Source: Armatimonadota bacterium (GTDB lineage Bacteria > Armatimonadota > Fimbriimonadia > Fimbriimonadales > Fimbriimonadaceae). From it: a DNA stretch of 64,000 nt. Shown here piece after piece: positions 40,133 through 50,355 of the stretch. Where the stretch lies: the NCBI GenBank assembly GCA_031400935.1, contig JANNQV010000045.1, positions 1 to 64,000 on the forward strand, in the 5' to 3' direction. The number at the start of each line of letters is the position of its first letter. The first letter of the stretch is position 1. The notes beneath the pieces were generated by a model. The model made no database searches, was not told where the DNA came from, and worked only from the letters and a program-made list of their open reading frames with translations. The position numbers were made by a program, and so were the translations under genes.

Positions 40133-42052
40133 ATGTCCGTAATCCATATCCCTAGGAAAAACGAACTTGACCTACGCGCAGCTGGGTTTCTGATTGCTGT
40201 TGGAATTGCATTAGTTTGTTTCTTTTTGCGATTGTGGTATCTCCAGCTTGTAATCGCAGGCGAACTCGCTGACAAGGCGACGGCGTTGCGTACAGTTGCT
40301 GTAAAGCGCCTGGCTCCACGCGGTTTGATTCTTGATCGAAATGGCGTAAGACTCGCTGGTGTGAAGCCAAAATGGGTGGTTACAGCTACCCCATTTCAAG
40401 CAAAGGCAAATCCGTGGGTGGTTCAAAAACTTGCTATTATGCTTGCCGTTCCCGAGGAAAAGTTGTGGGAGAAGATAAAAGCCAACGAATGGCGGCCGCA
40501 TATTCCAATTCCAATTTTTGTCGGAGCTGACATTGGTGTAGCGACCAAAATCGCAGAATCGGGCGACTATTTACCTGGCATTGATGTTGACACTCAGCCG
40601 ATGAGAGTCCTTTTCGACACCCTAGCCTTTTCTCATATCATGGGATATGTTTGGACTCCTAATGACACAGATGTAACCAGATTAAGGGCCCAAGGAATCG
40701 ACATCCCAGAATTCGTAGGTAAGAATGGTATCGAAAGGCAATATGAAGGGCTATTGCAAGGCCGAAGAGGAATAGATCGCTTCGAAGTTGACAACAAAAG
40801 GCGCCTTAAAAGGGTTGTCCAACGCAATGCGCCTCAGCCTGGTTCGCGGATCATGCTAAGCATAGACAGCGACCTACAGAAGTTCACTACGGGGCTCTTA
40901 CAGGGCTTTCGCGGGGCGGCAGTTGCAATGGATCCGACTACCGGTGAGATTCTTGCGATGGTCTCAAGCCCATCGTTTGATTCGAGTTTGTTCGAAGGCG
41001 GAATTTCTAAAGTTGACTACGAAAAGCTGCTCAGCAATCCAGGGATTCCCGAGCTAAATCGTGCCGTGGCTGCGAGATATGCTCCTGGTTCAACTTTCAA
41101 AATCGTAACGTCAATCGCTTGGCAACTTGGAGGCAAATTTAACCCAAGTCGAACTATTTATTGCCCAGGGTATCACGAACTTGGCAACAAAAAGACGAAA
41201 TGCCTTGGTGTGCACGGAGCTATCAGTTTTCATGCTGCATTTACGCAATCTTGCAACACTTATTTTGCGACAATTGGACTAGAAGCCGGAATTGAAGAGC
41301 TTCGAAAAGTTGCAAAGTTCTGCGGTTTAGGAGAACAAATTGGAATTGACCTGCCATCGGAATCAAAGGGCACATTTCCGTACGCTGATTGGATCGAAAA
41401 TAAGAAGGTGACATGGTATCGAGGAGACACCGTAAATGCCTCGATCGGCCAAGGATATGTCACGACAACGCCCTTACAAATGGCTTGTATTGCTGCAATG
41501 GTGGCTAATCAAGGAACGATTTTTCAGCCACACTTTTTGCGTGCAATTCAAGAGCCAGGAAGCACTTCGCCGCCAGAATTGCAAGCAGCAAAGCAAATCA
41601 ACAGGATTGAATTGCCTCCAGAATTTTGGCGTGTCCTGCAGACTGCGATGATTTCGGTCATTGAATCTGGAACTGCCACAAAAGCTAGAATTCCAAACTT
41701 AGTTTGGGGTGGAAAGACAGGAAGTTCTGAGCATCAAACTGGCTCAAAAACTCATGCATGGTTTGTCGGGGTAGCACCAACGAATTCACCGAAAATTGTG
41801 GTATCCGTGGTTATAGAAGGGGTTGGTCACGGCGGGGAATTCTCAGCGCCAATAGGAAGGGCGATGGTCCAACGCTATTTGTTTAAGCCGGCCAAACTTC
41901 CTATGGCGACTGCGAATGCTCCACGAGCACCAGCGACCAGCGACCGGATTTCGGCATCTGTTTCACCAGCAAGTTCTAACAATCCGGCAATACGTTCTCC
42001 CGATTCCAGAGATCGAAATGCATCATCTACCCCCTCTCCAGCGAATCGGTAG
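40133..42052 (+). CDS. mrdA: Penicillin-binding protein 2
   Basis: RLWYLQL, APRGLILDRNG, SxxK (GSTFK), SxN (SCN), KTG. Confidence 0.92.
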   Translation: MSVIHIPRKNELDLRAAGFLIAVGIALVCFFLRLWYLQLVIAGELADKATALRTVAVKRLAPRGLILDRNGVRLAGVKPKWVVTATPFQAKANPWVVQKLAIMLAVPEEKLWEKIKANEWRPHIPIPIFVGADIGVATKIAESGDYLPGIDVDTQPMRVLFDTLAFSHIMGYVWTPNDTDVTRLRAQGIDIPEFVGKNGIERQYEGLLQGRRGIDRFEVDNKRRLKRVVQRNAPQPGSRIMLSIDSDLQKFTTGLLQGFRGAAVAMDPTTGEILAMVSSPSFDSSLFEGGISKVDYEKLLSNPGIPELNRAVAARYAPGSTFKIVTSIAWQLGGKFNPSRTIYCPGYHELGNKKTKCLGVHGAISFHAAFTQSCNTYFATIGLEAGIEELRKVAKFCGLGEQIGIDLPSESKGTFPYADWIENKKVTWYRGDTVNASIGQGYVTTTPLQMACIAAMVANQGTIFQPHFLRAIQEPGSTSPPELQAAKQINRIELPPEFWRVLQTAMISVIESGTATKARIPNLVWGGKTGSSEHQTGSKTHAWFVGVAPTNSPKIVVSVVIEGVGHGGEFSAPIGRAMVQRYLFKPAKLPMATANAPRAPATSDRISASVSPASSNNPAIRSPDSRDRNASSTPSPANR

Positions 42053-44004
42053 CTTGGATCAATCTGGGCACCTTGGATAATCTGTGGGATAGTCCTCTTT
42101 GCGTAGTCCAGATATCCCGCGAGTGCTCCTTTTCTCAGATCAATTTGCGTTTTGGGATTGTCTGAATGCTTTGCGGCATATTCTCTCGCGATAAGAGTTT
42201 CTGTGGGAATCAAGTCTGGAATTGCACGAACTTGATAGGAAGACGATGACTCGACACGAATCAGGTCTTGTGCGGCTTTTTCTGCCTCCGCAACGTTTCC
42301 TTCAGAATCGTAAATGTTCATTTTGGCCAGTAAAGCAGGCAGGTTGTTTGGATCGCGCTGCAGGGCTTTTGTAAGGGCGGAAAGAGCCTGTTGATGATGC
42401 CCCAATCTGACTTCAAAGTAAGCAAGGTAGCGGTAGTTCCGCATAGTTGGAGATAACTCGGCAGCTTTGCTTAAGAATAAAAGCCTTTCCTCGTCGTCAT
42501 AGTGTTCAGGGAATTGGTTGAGAACAGCCCAAGCCTCGCCGTCAATCGGAGCGAGGCTATTGGCTAATTCGCTTGGTTTGAGGCCTTCGACTGCGTTTCC
42601 AGCCATGAAGGCCCCCCTTGCGACAGATTTGTATGTGTCTACACAAGCAAAATAAAGGCTGCCAATTGCTAAAAAGCCACACCATGCGAATGCCGAATAT
42701 CGTGCGTTTGCAGGGAAGAATTCTGGAGTAGTTCCGTCCATCGCAAGTTGAAGCGCGATTCCGATTAGAACAAAAAAGGCGATCCCAGAACCAAAATGCT
42801 GCAGGTCGCTATCAATGAAATTGTGCGCCGCTGAAGCCAATATAGCTGCTAACGTCGCCCCAAGAAGCAATTTCCTTTGCGAGGGAAGCTGTGTAACACC
42901 TCGAAATGCTTCCCGGAAAAACAGAAATGCCAATCCAGCCAAAGCAATCAAACTCAAGACGCCAGCTTCGACTCCAAGCTGAAGAAACCCCTGATGAGCG
43001 TGATGTGTTTGCGGCACAATTCCGGGCTTTGTGGATTCATATCGAAATGTGCCGATTCCGCTTCCAACTGGATTCTTTTTGATAAGTTCGATGGAAGTTT
43101 TCCAAAGCAGGCGACGGAATCCCTCAGATTGAACTTGAGTCGAGGCCGCTCCTTGAAGGCGGCTGGCTACAGTTGCATCACTATTAGCTCGCTTCGCAGC
43201 GGATTTTTGCATTGCCGTTCCGAGCCCAAAGCTAACTGCAAGGACGCCAATCGCGACTCCCATGGGCAAAATGCGGGCAACCAATGACCGCCCCCAAATT
43301 AAACAAAAAGTCGAAATTGAAACGACGCCAATGCAAGCTGCAAACAATCCGCCTTTCGATTGCGTGAGAAATAGCACAATTCCACATAAAACCGTGCCAG
43401 CGACGCTTGCAATACGCGAAGTTCGATTTGTGGAAAGCGTCAATCCCAATCCGCAAAACAGCCCAAAAAGAAGCATTCCTGCCGCTGCATTCGGGTTCAC
43501 CCAGTGGCAGAAAACTCGCCAGCTTGGGTCGCTGGAAGAAGCATATTCAAGAATTCCCTGAGCGGCTATAACTGCACAGCCTGCGGTCAATGCTCCTAAT
43601 GCTCGAATTGGGCCCGTATCCCTGCCAAGAACAGCCGTTGCTACGATCGGAGACAGAATGGCTAGCATCCATTGAACAGTAGCTTGATAACTTGCAAATC
43701 GAAATTCCGACATCAGATTTGATCCCAAAATCGTTATCGCCAGCACAATGAGCGCAAACACTAAGGGCGGAAAGGGAATCTGGATGACTCGGTTTCTTAT
43801 TGCAACTAGGGCAAATGCACTGAGGAAGCAAATAGAGGGCAAAAGAAACCCAAGCAGCGGAGCATCGGCACTTCCGCCAAGTGCCGCGAACCATGAAAAG
43901 CCGGGTTCGGCAGCTTGCAAATCATTCGCGACAAAACCACCCGAAATCGGCAACAAAAAGAGGCCGATCAGAAAGAGAATTTGCGGCAGATTTTGTGCTT
44001 TCAT
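41875..44004 (-). CDS. O-antigen ligase family membrane protein with C-terminal TPRs
   Basis: Multiple TMs, NPN, TQSKGG, GSGIGTF, HAHQ..LQ..VE.G; TPR-like helices. Confidence 0.8.
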   Translation of the reverse strand: MKAQNLPQILFLIGLFLLPISGGFVANDLQAAEPGFSWFAALGGSADAPLLGFLLPSICFLSAFALVAIRNRVIQIPFPPLVFALIVLAITILGSNLMSEFRFASYQATVQWMLAILSPIVATAVLGRDTGPIRALGALTAGCAVIAAQGILEYASSSDPSWRVFCHWVNPNAAAGMLLFGLFCGLGLTLSTNRTSRIASVAGTVLCGIVLFLTQSKGGLFAACIGVVSISTFCLIWGRSLVARILPMGVAIGVLAVSFGLGTAMQKSAAKRANSDATVASRLQGAASTQVQSEGFRRLLWKTSIELIKKNPVGSGIGTFRYESTKPGIVPQTHHAHQGFLQLGVEAGVLSLIALAGLAFLFFREAFRGVTQLPSQRKLLLGATLAAILASAAHNFIDSDLQHFGSGIAFFVLIGIALQLAMDGTTPEFFPANARYSAFAWCGFLAIGSLYFACVDTYKSVARGAFMAGNAVEGLKPSELANSLAPIDGEAWAVLNQFPEHYDDEERLLFLSKAAELSPTMRNYRYLAYFEVRLGHHQQALSALTKALQRDPNNLPALLAKMNIYDSEGNVAEAEKAAQDLIRVESSSSYQVRAIPDLIPTETLIAREYAAKHSDNPKTQIDLRKGALAGYLDYAKRTIPQIIQGAQIDPSYRFAGEGVDDAFRSLESGERIAGLLELAGETDAEIRSLVAGARGAFAVAIGSLAGLNK

Positions 44005-44900
44005 TTCCCAAATTTTCTTCGTAGAATATCAATCTTGTTTTTGACGATAAATAGCGACGCACGCAACGAGAGACCGACGGCTGCAAGCATCCAAAGAAAT
44101 GGACGAAAAACTATCGGCTTTTCGACGAGAATATTCTTTGTATAGAAGTAAAACATTGACCTATGAAATCGGCCTATCATGCGGTTTGGAGCCTTGTCTG
44201 TGCTCTTCCCGATAGCATGTGTGACAGTTGCTGACGGTAAGTAGTACACGTTGAATCCAGCTTTTCGGGTACGAAAACACCAATCAACGTCTTCGCAGAA
44301 CATGAAATATTCTGGATCCATCAAACCAACTTTCTCAAGAACTTGCTCGGTGACGAACATCGCGCATCCGGAAACCCAATCCACTTCCAGAACATGATCA
44401 TGAGCAAAATCCGCCATTAAATACTCTCGTACAAATCGGTTTTTTGGAAATAGTTTGCCGATAAACGTGCTTCTGAAGAGCGCGGCAACAGGGTTAGGAA
44501 ATCTGCGGCAACTCATCTGCAACGATCCATCTGGATTCAATACTTTGGGTCCAAAAATTCCAGCATCGGACGTTGCATTGGCGAATTCGAGCATTTTTGC
44601 AATCGCTCCAGGATGAACAACAGCATCGGAATTCAAAAGGAAAGCGTGACGCCCTTTTCGTGATTTAAGCGCAAGATTGTTACCGCCTGTGAACCCGAGA
44701 TTCTTGCTTTGAGCCATCAAGACGACCCATGGAAACTCTTCGGCGACCATTGAAGGTGAGTCGTCCTCCGAGTTGTTGTCAACGACGATCACCTCAAAAC
44801 TAGCTTCTTTTCTAGCATCGGCAAGGCTTTGCAGGCACGCTCTCAGGTCGTCCTTCGTGTTCCAGGAGCAAATGGTTACACTAAGGTCGAAATCCTGCAT
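44001..44900 (-). CDS. Glycosyltransferase family 2 (WbbL-like)
   Basis: VVDNNSED, NLGF..GNN, LLNSD, WVSGC, EDVDWC. Confidence 0.9.
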   Translation of the reverse strand: MQDFDLSVTICSWNTKDDLRACLQSLADARKEASFEVIVVDNNSEDDSPSMVAEEFPWVVLMAQSKNLGFTGGNNLALKSRKGRHAFLLNSDAVVHPGAIAKMLEFANATSDAGIFGPKVLNPDGSLQMSCRRFPNPVAALFRSTFIGKLFPKNRFVREYLMADFAHDHVLEVDWVSGCAMFVTEQVLEKVGLMDPEYFMFCEDVDWCFRTRKAGFNVYYLPSATVTHAIGKSTDKAPNRMIGRFHRSMFYFYTKNILVEKPIVFRPFLWMLAAVGLSLRASLFIVKNKIDILRRKFGK

Positions 44901-45753
44901 GAAATCCTTTTGCGCGAACCAGGGCGCCGATGTATACGATCAAAGTGAACACGCAAAAAACTGGAAAGTTCCACCATTTGAGCCAATGCTTTCGCATATA
45001 CCTGATCAAGCTCTTGTGCGATTCCCAAATCATGGGCTTTCGAACCTGTTTTGTACTCGCGCCCCCAACATGCCCGATTTGAACGCTTGGCTCATAAATG
45101 CAGTGCCAGCCAGCTTTCTTCATCCGAAAAAGCAAGTCCACTTCATTAAAGAAAATTGGGAAGTTTTCATCAAAAGCTTGGCCGACCGTTCCAACTGCCT
45201 CCATCGCCGAACGCCGAAAGAGCAAGAATGTGCCCATCGGCTGTTCGGCCATCCCAGCTTTAGAATAGTCAAAGCCGGTGCGGCGATACGAGTCGAAAAC
45301 TGAGTTTGGAAACACCTTTGCTAAGCCTAAAATGTCGCCAAAAATGCCGATCATTGTTGGAAATCCTCGCACAGAAGACTGGGTCTTTCCACCAAGTCCA
45401 ACGAGCCGAGCTGCTAAGCATCCGGCCTTTTCATCTTTTCGTAGTTTTTCCACGGCAAGGGTCAGTGCTTCCGGCGGTAAAACGGTATCTGGGTTCAAAG
45501 TGAGCAGGAATTCTCCGCTGGAATTCATTAAACCCGCGTTGTTTCCTGCGGCATAGCCCTTGTTTTGGCGCATTGGCATGAGGATTGCATCTTGAAAATC
45601 GGAGGCCACGAGCTCGGCACTGCCATCAGTAGAAGCATTGTCAATAACAATAACCTCGAAAGAATCCAGGTAATTTGACCGATATATAGAAGTAAGACAA
45701 TCGCGCAGCAGTTCGCGTGTGTTCCAATTCACGATTAGAATGCTGAGCGTCAT
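44881..45753 (-). CDS. Glycosyltransferase family 2 (WbbL-like)
   Basis: MTLSILIVNWN, IDNASTDGS, LNPD, FDENF..FFNEVD. Confidence 0.9.
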   Translation of the reverse strand: MTLSILIVNWNTRELLRDCLTSIYRSNYLDSFEVIVIDNASTDGSAELVASDFQDAILMPMRQNKGYAAGNNAGLMNSSGEFLLTLNPDTVLPPEALTLAVEKLRKDEKAGCLAARLVGLGGKTQSSVRGFPTMIGIFGDILGLAKVFPNSVFDSYRRTGFDYSKAGMAEQPMGTFLLFRRSAMEAVGTVGQAFDENFPIFFNEVDLLFRMKKAGWHCIYEPSVQIGHVGGASTKQVRKPMIWESHKSLIRYMRKHWLKWWNFPVFCVFTLIVYIGALVRAKGFHAGFRP

Positions 45754-45867
45754 GGGTACAGTTCTTGAATCTTGCACAAAAAGGTTCGTGAGGCAAATCG
45801 TACCCAAATCCCAAGTGTCACAAAGTGAACCAAATTCGCTAATGTGTACGTATAGATAGTTGAAGCA

Positions 45868-45990
45868 AGAATCGTGGGGAAACGAGAATTGTTTCGGAAA
45901 GGTTGACTCGGACGGGTCGAAGGTGGTATCCTTACCAGGTCCGTTCAGGGCATTTTCAAAATTAAGCCCGTAGAGAGCGCGATTCTCTAC
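45868..45990 (+). promoter_or_regulatory. Candidate structured 5' leader RNA (unassigned)
   Basis: 9-bp closing stem AGAATCGTG/CGCGATTCT enclosing four hairpins; alternative hairpin GTAGAGA/TCTCTAC. Confidence 0.45.
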
Positions 45991-46012
45991 TCTAAGGCAA
46001 CTAGGAGGAACG

Positions 46013-47491
46013 ATGCGCAAATTTGCGATTGCGATGCTAATGTCGGTTGTGGTTACCGGCACGAGTTTCGCTCAAAATAAATCATACGAGGTTAAGAACG
46101 GAGACACTTTAGGTGCTATCGCCGAAAAGTTTAATGTCTCTACGAAGGATATTGTTCGTGCGAACAATATCCCAAACTCTCACAAGCTCAAGCTGGGTCA
46201 AAAGCTCTCGATACCTAAAGTATCTGTAGCTAAAAAGGCAGTTGCTTTGGCTCCTGGAAGCTACAAAGTTCGAAACGGCGACCATGACTGGGCAATTGCA
46301 GCGCGATATGGCATTATTCCAAGCGCATTAAGGCAATTGAATCCTAGCGTAGGATGGACGCGGTTGCAGATTGGGCAAGTAATTCGAGTTCCTGGCAAAG
46401 TATCCAAGCCAGCCGGATTTGCCGAGTCAGCTTCAAACCTTGCCAAGCTTGTAGCTAGCCACAAACCAGCGTCGAAATGGGGATTCCCGACAACGGCATA
46501 CTGCGTAAAGAAGGGCGACAATGACTGGACGATCGCGCATCGCTTCGGAATCGGACTGAACAAATTTAAGACTATAAATCCAACAGTTAACTCTGCAAAG
46601 CTGAAAATTGGGCAATATGTTCGGGTTCCTGGCACGAAAGGCACCGTATTGGCTGTTTCAAACGTGATTCGCTCTCGTTATGCGGTAATCGTCAAGGACG
46701 ATGTCTTAGTAAGAAAAGGGGCGAGCACAAACTCTGAGAAAATCACCACTGTTGATAAGGGAACTCAAGTTGGCGTCTTAGATCGTCAAGGTGAATGGTA
46801 TAAGCTCAAATTCCCTCGTGGTACCGTTGGCTGGGTTCGCGGCGATATGCTCAAATCGCTGAGCAATACATATACGGCTTCTAATAATCGAACTCGAAGT
46901 TCAACTAAAGTTGCTTCCAATCGGCCATCAACTAGGAATAGCCGCAGATCAAGCGATCCCGCAACAAAATATGTTTACGCGGACAATGGTGCTGGAAACG
47001 GAGACATTGTAAACAACGCTATGGGGCTTTTGGGAACACGCTATCGGCTTGGCTCTGCTTCTCGCGCCGCCACAGATTGCTCCGGCTTAGTTTTGCAGGC
47101 TGCAAATCGCGCTGGCATCAAGTTGCCACGTACAAGTAGCCAAATGTCGAAATCGGGTTCCGCAGTTGCAAAATCCAACTTGAAATCTGGAGATTTGGTT
47201 TTTTTCCGTACTCGCGGTTCAAGAATCAGCCATGTAGGAATCTACAAGGGCAATGGCCAGTTCGTTCATTCGAGCAGCGGCAAGGGACACGTAACTGTTT
47301 CTAACTTGAACGAAGGTTACTATTCGCGCAGATATGCTGGGGCTCGAAGAGTTTCTGGGTCATCAAGCAAATCCACGAAATCGGATTCAAAACCCTCTGA
47401 AAAGGTCGTTGCAAAGACTGCGGACTCAAAAACTGACGAAAAGCCAGTTGAGAAGCCAGTAACAAAAAATACTGACGAAATCAATCCGTAA
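46013..47491 (+). CDS. LysM x3 - SH3b - NlpC/P60 peptidoglycan endopeptidase
   Basis: AGGAGG RBS; three Y.V..GD LysM repeats; WYK...GWV; DCSGL, HVGIY, FVHSSS. Confidence 0.92.
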   Translation: MRKFAIAMLMSVVVTGTSFAQNKSYEVKNGDTLGAIAEKFNVSTKDIVRANNIPNSHKLKLGQKLSIPKVSVAKKAVALAPGSYKVRNGDHDWAIAARYGIIPSALRQLNPSVGWTRLQIGQVIRVPGKVSKPAGFAESASNLAKLVASHKPASKWGFPTTAYCVKKGDNDWTIAHRFGIGLNKFKTINPTVNSAKLKIGQYVRVPGTKGTVLAVSNVIRSRYAVIVKDDVLVRKGASTNSEKITTVDKGTQVGVLDRQGEWYKLKFPRGTVGWVRGDMLKSLSNTYTASNNRTRSSTKVASNRPSTRNSRRSSDPATKYVYADNGAGNGDIVNNAMGLLGTRYRLGSASRAATDCSGLVLQAANRAGIKLPRTSSQMSKSGSAVAKSNLKSGDLVFFRTRGSRISHVGIYKGNGQFVHSSSGKGHVTVSNLNEGYYSRRYAGARRVSGSSSKSTKSDSKPSEKVVAKTADSKTDEKPVEKPVTKNTDEINP

Positions 47492-47509
47492 TCCCTTATC
47501 GGCAATTCC

Positions 47510-47547
47510 AAAATCTCCTGTCAAGAAATTGACTGGAGATTTTTTTT
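47510..47547 (+). terminator. Rho-independent terminator
   Basis: AAAATCTCC.GTCAA-gaaa-TTGAC.GGAGATTTT followed by a T run. Confidence 0.75.
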
Positions 47548-47641
47548 GTTCGAATTCAGCTCATGCACATTTGGATTGAGGTGAATGGAACGCGGACTCT
47601 AGTCGGACTCTGCCCGAATTTGCCATAATAGGTGTTCGCGT

Positions 47642-47718
47642 GCTCCGGTCGTCTAGCGGTTTAGGACATCGCCCTTTCACGGCGAAGGTCGCGGGTTCGA
47701 ATCCCGTCCGGAGTACCA
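47642..47718 (+). tRNA. tRNA-Glu (anticodon TTC)
   Basis: Acceptor GCTCCGG/CCGGAGT, anticodon arm TCGCC-CTTTCAC-GGCGA, T-arm GCGGG-TTCGAAT-CCCGT, encoded CCA. Confidence 0.96.
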
Positions 47719-47755
47719 TCTTGCTCGATTCACTGCACATGGGTCATTGGAAGTA

Positions 47756-47787
47756 GAGTTGGCGAAGCTCGGCCGACTCTCCTTTTA
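47756..47787 (+). terminator. Probable tRNA terminator
   Basis: AGAGTTGGC-loop-GCCGACTCT followed by CCTTTT. Confidence 0.5.
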
Positions 47788-47828
47788 TGAGTACGACGCT
47801 CTTTGATCCTGAATGGTAAGATTGTCGA

Positions 47829-48752
47829 ATGCCTCTCGGCCTTTTACTCGTCGCAACCCTATCAACCATCTGCACAGCCTGGCCAGCGCCCCAAACCTCG
47901 TCGCAGGTCGGCGACCTGCGCGCGTTGGACGGTGAGTGGATTTATGTCGAGGACCGCACCGAAGGCCGGACCCTTGAACAGCTCACGCCGCCAATGGGTT
48001 CGAAGTTCACGTTCCGCACCGAGGAAGGCGCTGTTATCTTGGCGTGGGGGCATGGCGGTGGTCGAGGCGATGTGCGCGTCGCGCTCGATGGCACTCGCAC
48101 CGAAGTTAGAGGAACAGGGAGTGACGCATTTGCCCGGTATCGCGCTTCGTGGAAAGGCGGCGCATTGACGTACGAAATTGACTTCGTGCGCGCTGCGGGT
48201 CAGGCTCCTGAAGGGCTGATCAAGAGAGAGTTCCGGATGACAAAGGACGGACTGATCGTGCGCTCGAACCTTGAATTGACTCCAGGGACTTGGTCCGTTG
48301 GACTTTACCGCCACCCCCAGGACATCGCGATGCCCACACCCGCCAAGTCTGTGATTGGCGATTTGGCGTGGCTCGCCGGCGCGTGGGTCGGAACGAGGGG
48401 GACGAACGGCGCGATTTCTTTCGAGGAGCGATGGAGTCCACCCAAAGGGGGAGCGATGCTCGCCACGTCGCGTACGGTCAACTCGAGTGGCAAGATGTCC
48501 GCGTTTGAGTTTCTGCGCATCGTCGAGCGCGATGGCGGGCTTGTCTACATAGCGCAGCCAGGCGGCGCTCCGCCGACCGAGTTCGTGCTCACTGAGCTAA
48601 GCGCAACACGCGCCGTGTTCGACAACCCGCGCCACGACTACCCAAAGCGCATCGTGTACGAGCTATCGGCAGAGGGCGGCCTGAGCGCCACGATCGGCTA
48701 CACCAAAGGCGGCAGCCCCCGGCGCTTCGAGTTCAAGCGCGAGAGTGGCTAA
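47829..48752 (+). CDS. Exported protein with C-terminal DUF6265-like domain; high GC
   Basis: LAWLAGAW, EERWSPP.GG.M, FEFLRI, FDNP.HDYP.RI.Y. Confidence 0.75.
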   Translation: MPLGLLLVATLSTICTAWPAPQTSSQVGDLRALDGEWIYVEDRTEGRTLEQLTPPMGSKFTFRTEEGAVILAWGHGGGRGDVRVALDGTRTEVRGTGSDAFARYRASWKGGALTYEIDFVRAAGQAPEGLIKREFRMTKDGLIVRSNLELTPGTWSVGLYRHPQDIAMPTPAKSVIGDLAWLAGAWVGTRGTNGAISFEERWSPPKGGAMLATSRTVNSSGKMSAFEFLRIVERDGGLVYIAQPGGAPPTEFVLTELSATRAVFDNPRHDYPKRIVYELSAEGGLSATIGYTKGGSPRRFEFKRESG

Positions 48753-48966
48753 AGGTGCGTTGCCTTTAGATCACATGACCGAAGTGATTGCCGATGATGG
48801 TACACCTCAAGTTCAAAGCGCTTCGCGAATTAGGTTCAACCGCCGGAAACAACCGAGATGGATTCGAACTCGCAAATAGGCTCGGCAAGTCCTCCGCTAA
48901 AATGGCAATGGGTAAGATTCGGATGGGCTCAAGGGATATCTGAAGGACGTGCAACTTGCCTGAACC

Positions 48967-49719
48967 GTGACATTGATGGGTCATCAATTGAAATTTGCTT
49001 CCTATCACGACGAAGTTGTCGCCGCACTTTCTGAACTGGGGAGTAAAGAGCTTGGTGCGGCCATTCAAAAGGATCGCAGATCACAATTAACCTACCTAGG
49101 TGTACGGATCCCTGTTCTCAGGTCGCGCATCAAGCATGGATTCTCGTTTACAGACCGACCAAACAATGAAGTCCTGTTGATATGGGACGTACTTTGGCAC
49201 AACTCTCCCTATGGCGATGTCCTCTTTGCCGCGATTGAACACTTATTGCCAATAGTTCGAAAGCAATCCAATACTGAAATGTGGCTTGTGTCCCGATTGT
49301 GGGCGGATCGGCTTGACAATTGGTGCCACTGCGACGCGCTTTGCGGAATCTATTCTCATTTGCTTGAGCAACAGTTTGAGGATGTTTATCCAATGCTTGT
49401 CGTGTGGAACGGTAAAGACAGCCTGTGGCACAGGAGAGCGTCCTTAGTGAGTTTGGTGCATTACACTGGCAAGAACGCGGTATTTTTACCTCCGGAGAAG
49501 GTCTTGCCACTGGTTTTCAATTGTTTGGGTGATTCGAGGCACTACATTCAAACTGCAGTAGGTTGGGTTTTGCGCGAAATGGGTCACGTATACCCCTCGG
49601 AAATCGTCCGATTCGTCGAAAAACATGTCCACGGGTTCTCACCAACGGCATTCTCTCGAGTCATTCAGGGTTTGCCGAAAGATTCAGTCCAGCGGCTAAA
49701 GGAACTTCACCGAGGCTGA
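48967..49719 (+). CDS. DNA alkylation repair protein (AlkD-like)
   Basis: LGVRIP.LR, DNW..CD, W.RRA, IQTAVGWVLRE. Confidence 0.8.
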   Translation: MTLMGHQLKFASYHDEVVAALSELGSKELGAAIQKDRRSQLTYLGVRIPVLRSRIKHGFSFTDRPNNEVLLIWDVLWHNSPYGDVLFAAIEHLLPIVRKQSNTEMWLVSRLWADRLDNWCHCDALCGIYSHLLEQQFEDVYPMLVVWNGKDSLWHRRASLVSLVHYTGKNAVFLPPEKVLPLVFNCLGDSRHYIQTAVGWVLREMGHVYPSEIVRFVEKHVHGFSPTAFSRVIQGLPKDSVQRLKELHRG

Positions 49720-49777
49720 AACGAATGGTGATGGCTGATTCGGGATGCATGCCGCTGCCCTGGTAAGATTCTCGGTA

Positions 49778-50284
49778 ATGGACATCATCGAAGCTCTGCT
49801 CGATTCTTGGGATCGCCAATGCCGAATTGTGAATTCGGTTGCTTCTCTGATTGATGATGCGAACCGATACGTGAAGCCTTCGGAAGACGGCTGGCCGCTG
49901 GACAAGCAGCTTGCGCACATGCATAGAGTCCGCAAGTTCTTTCTTTCGCAGGTTGCCCCTGAACATGCAGAGCACTTGGGAGATTCTTATGCCGATGAAT
50001 TAGGCACGCCGATCGCAGACCTAGGGATAATCAAGAGCAATTTGGTGGCAAGCGGGGAAGCCGTTCGAGAAGCTGTAAGAAAGGGTTTGGAAAGCGGCTG
50101 CGGCCCGATGGTCGGTGCAAATGTCACCTACGACAATCCGGTTCTTCTCATGCAGCACATGGTGTGGCATGAGGGCTGGCATGTAGGTCTGATTTTCCTC
50201 GCCCTCCGCCTCAATGGGCAAGAGCCGCCAGAGGAGTGGGACGAGCCTAATGTTTGGGGACTGTGGCGAACGGAGACTTGGTAA
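49778..50284 (+). CDS. DinB family protein
   Basis: QLAHMH..R, HMVWHEGWH.G. Confidence 0.75.
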   Translation: MDIIEALLDSWDRQCRIVNSVASLIDDANRYVKPSEDGWPLDKQLAHMHRVRKFFLSQVAPEHAEHLGDSYADELGTPIADLGIIKSNLVASGEAVREAVRKGLESGCGPMVGANVTYDNPVLLMQHMVWHEGWHVGLIFLALRLNGQEPPEEWDEPNVWGLWRTETW

Positions 50285-50355
50285 AAAAGGGTTGCAAAGA
50301 AGCCTAATTTCCCAACTGCGAATTGATGCCTCCGACGTTCAAAAGAAAAGATGCC

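Noticed and set aside
45754..46062. 103-aa N-terminal extension of the GT2 ORF in the track
   Set aside because: GT2 homology starts at MTLSILIVNWN (45753); the extension overlaps the divergent gene and its leader.
48753..48966. Short ORFs between the high-GC gene and the AlkD-like gene
   Set aside because: No RBS, motif or recognisable family; cannot be supported.
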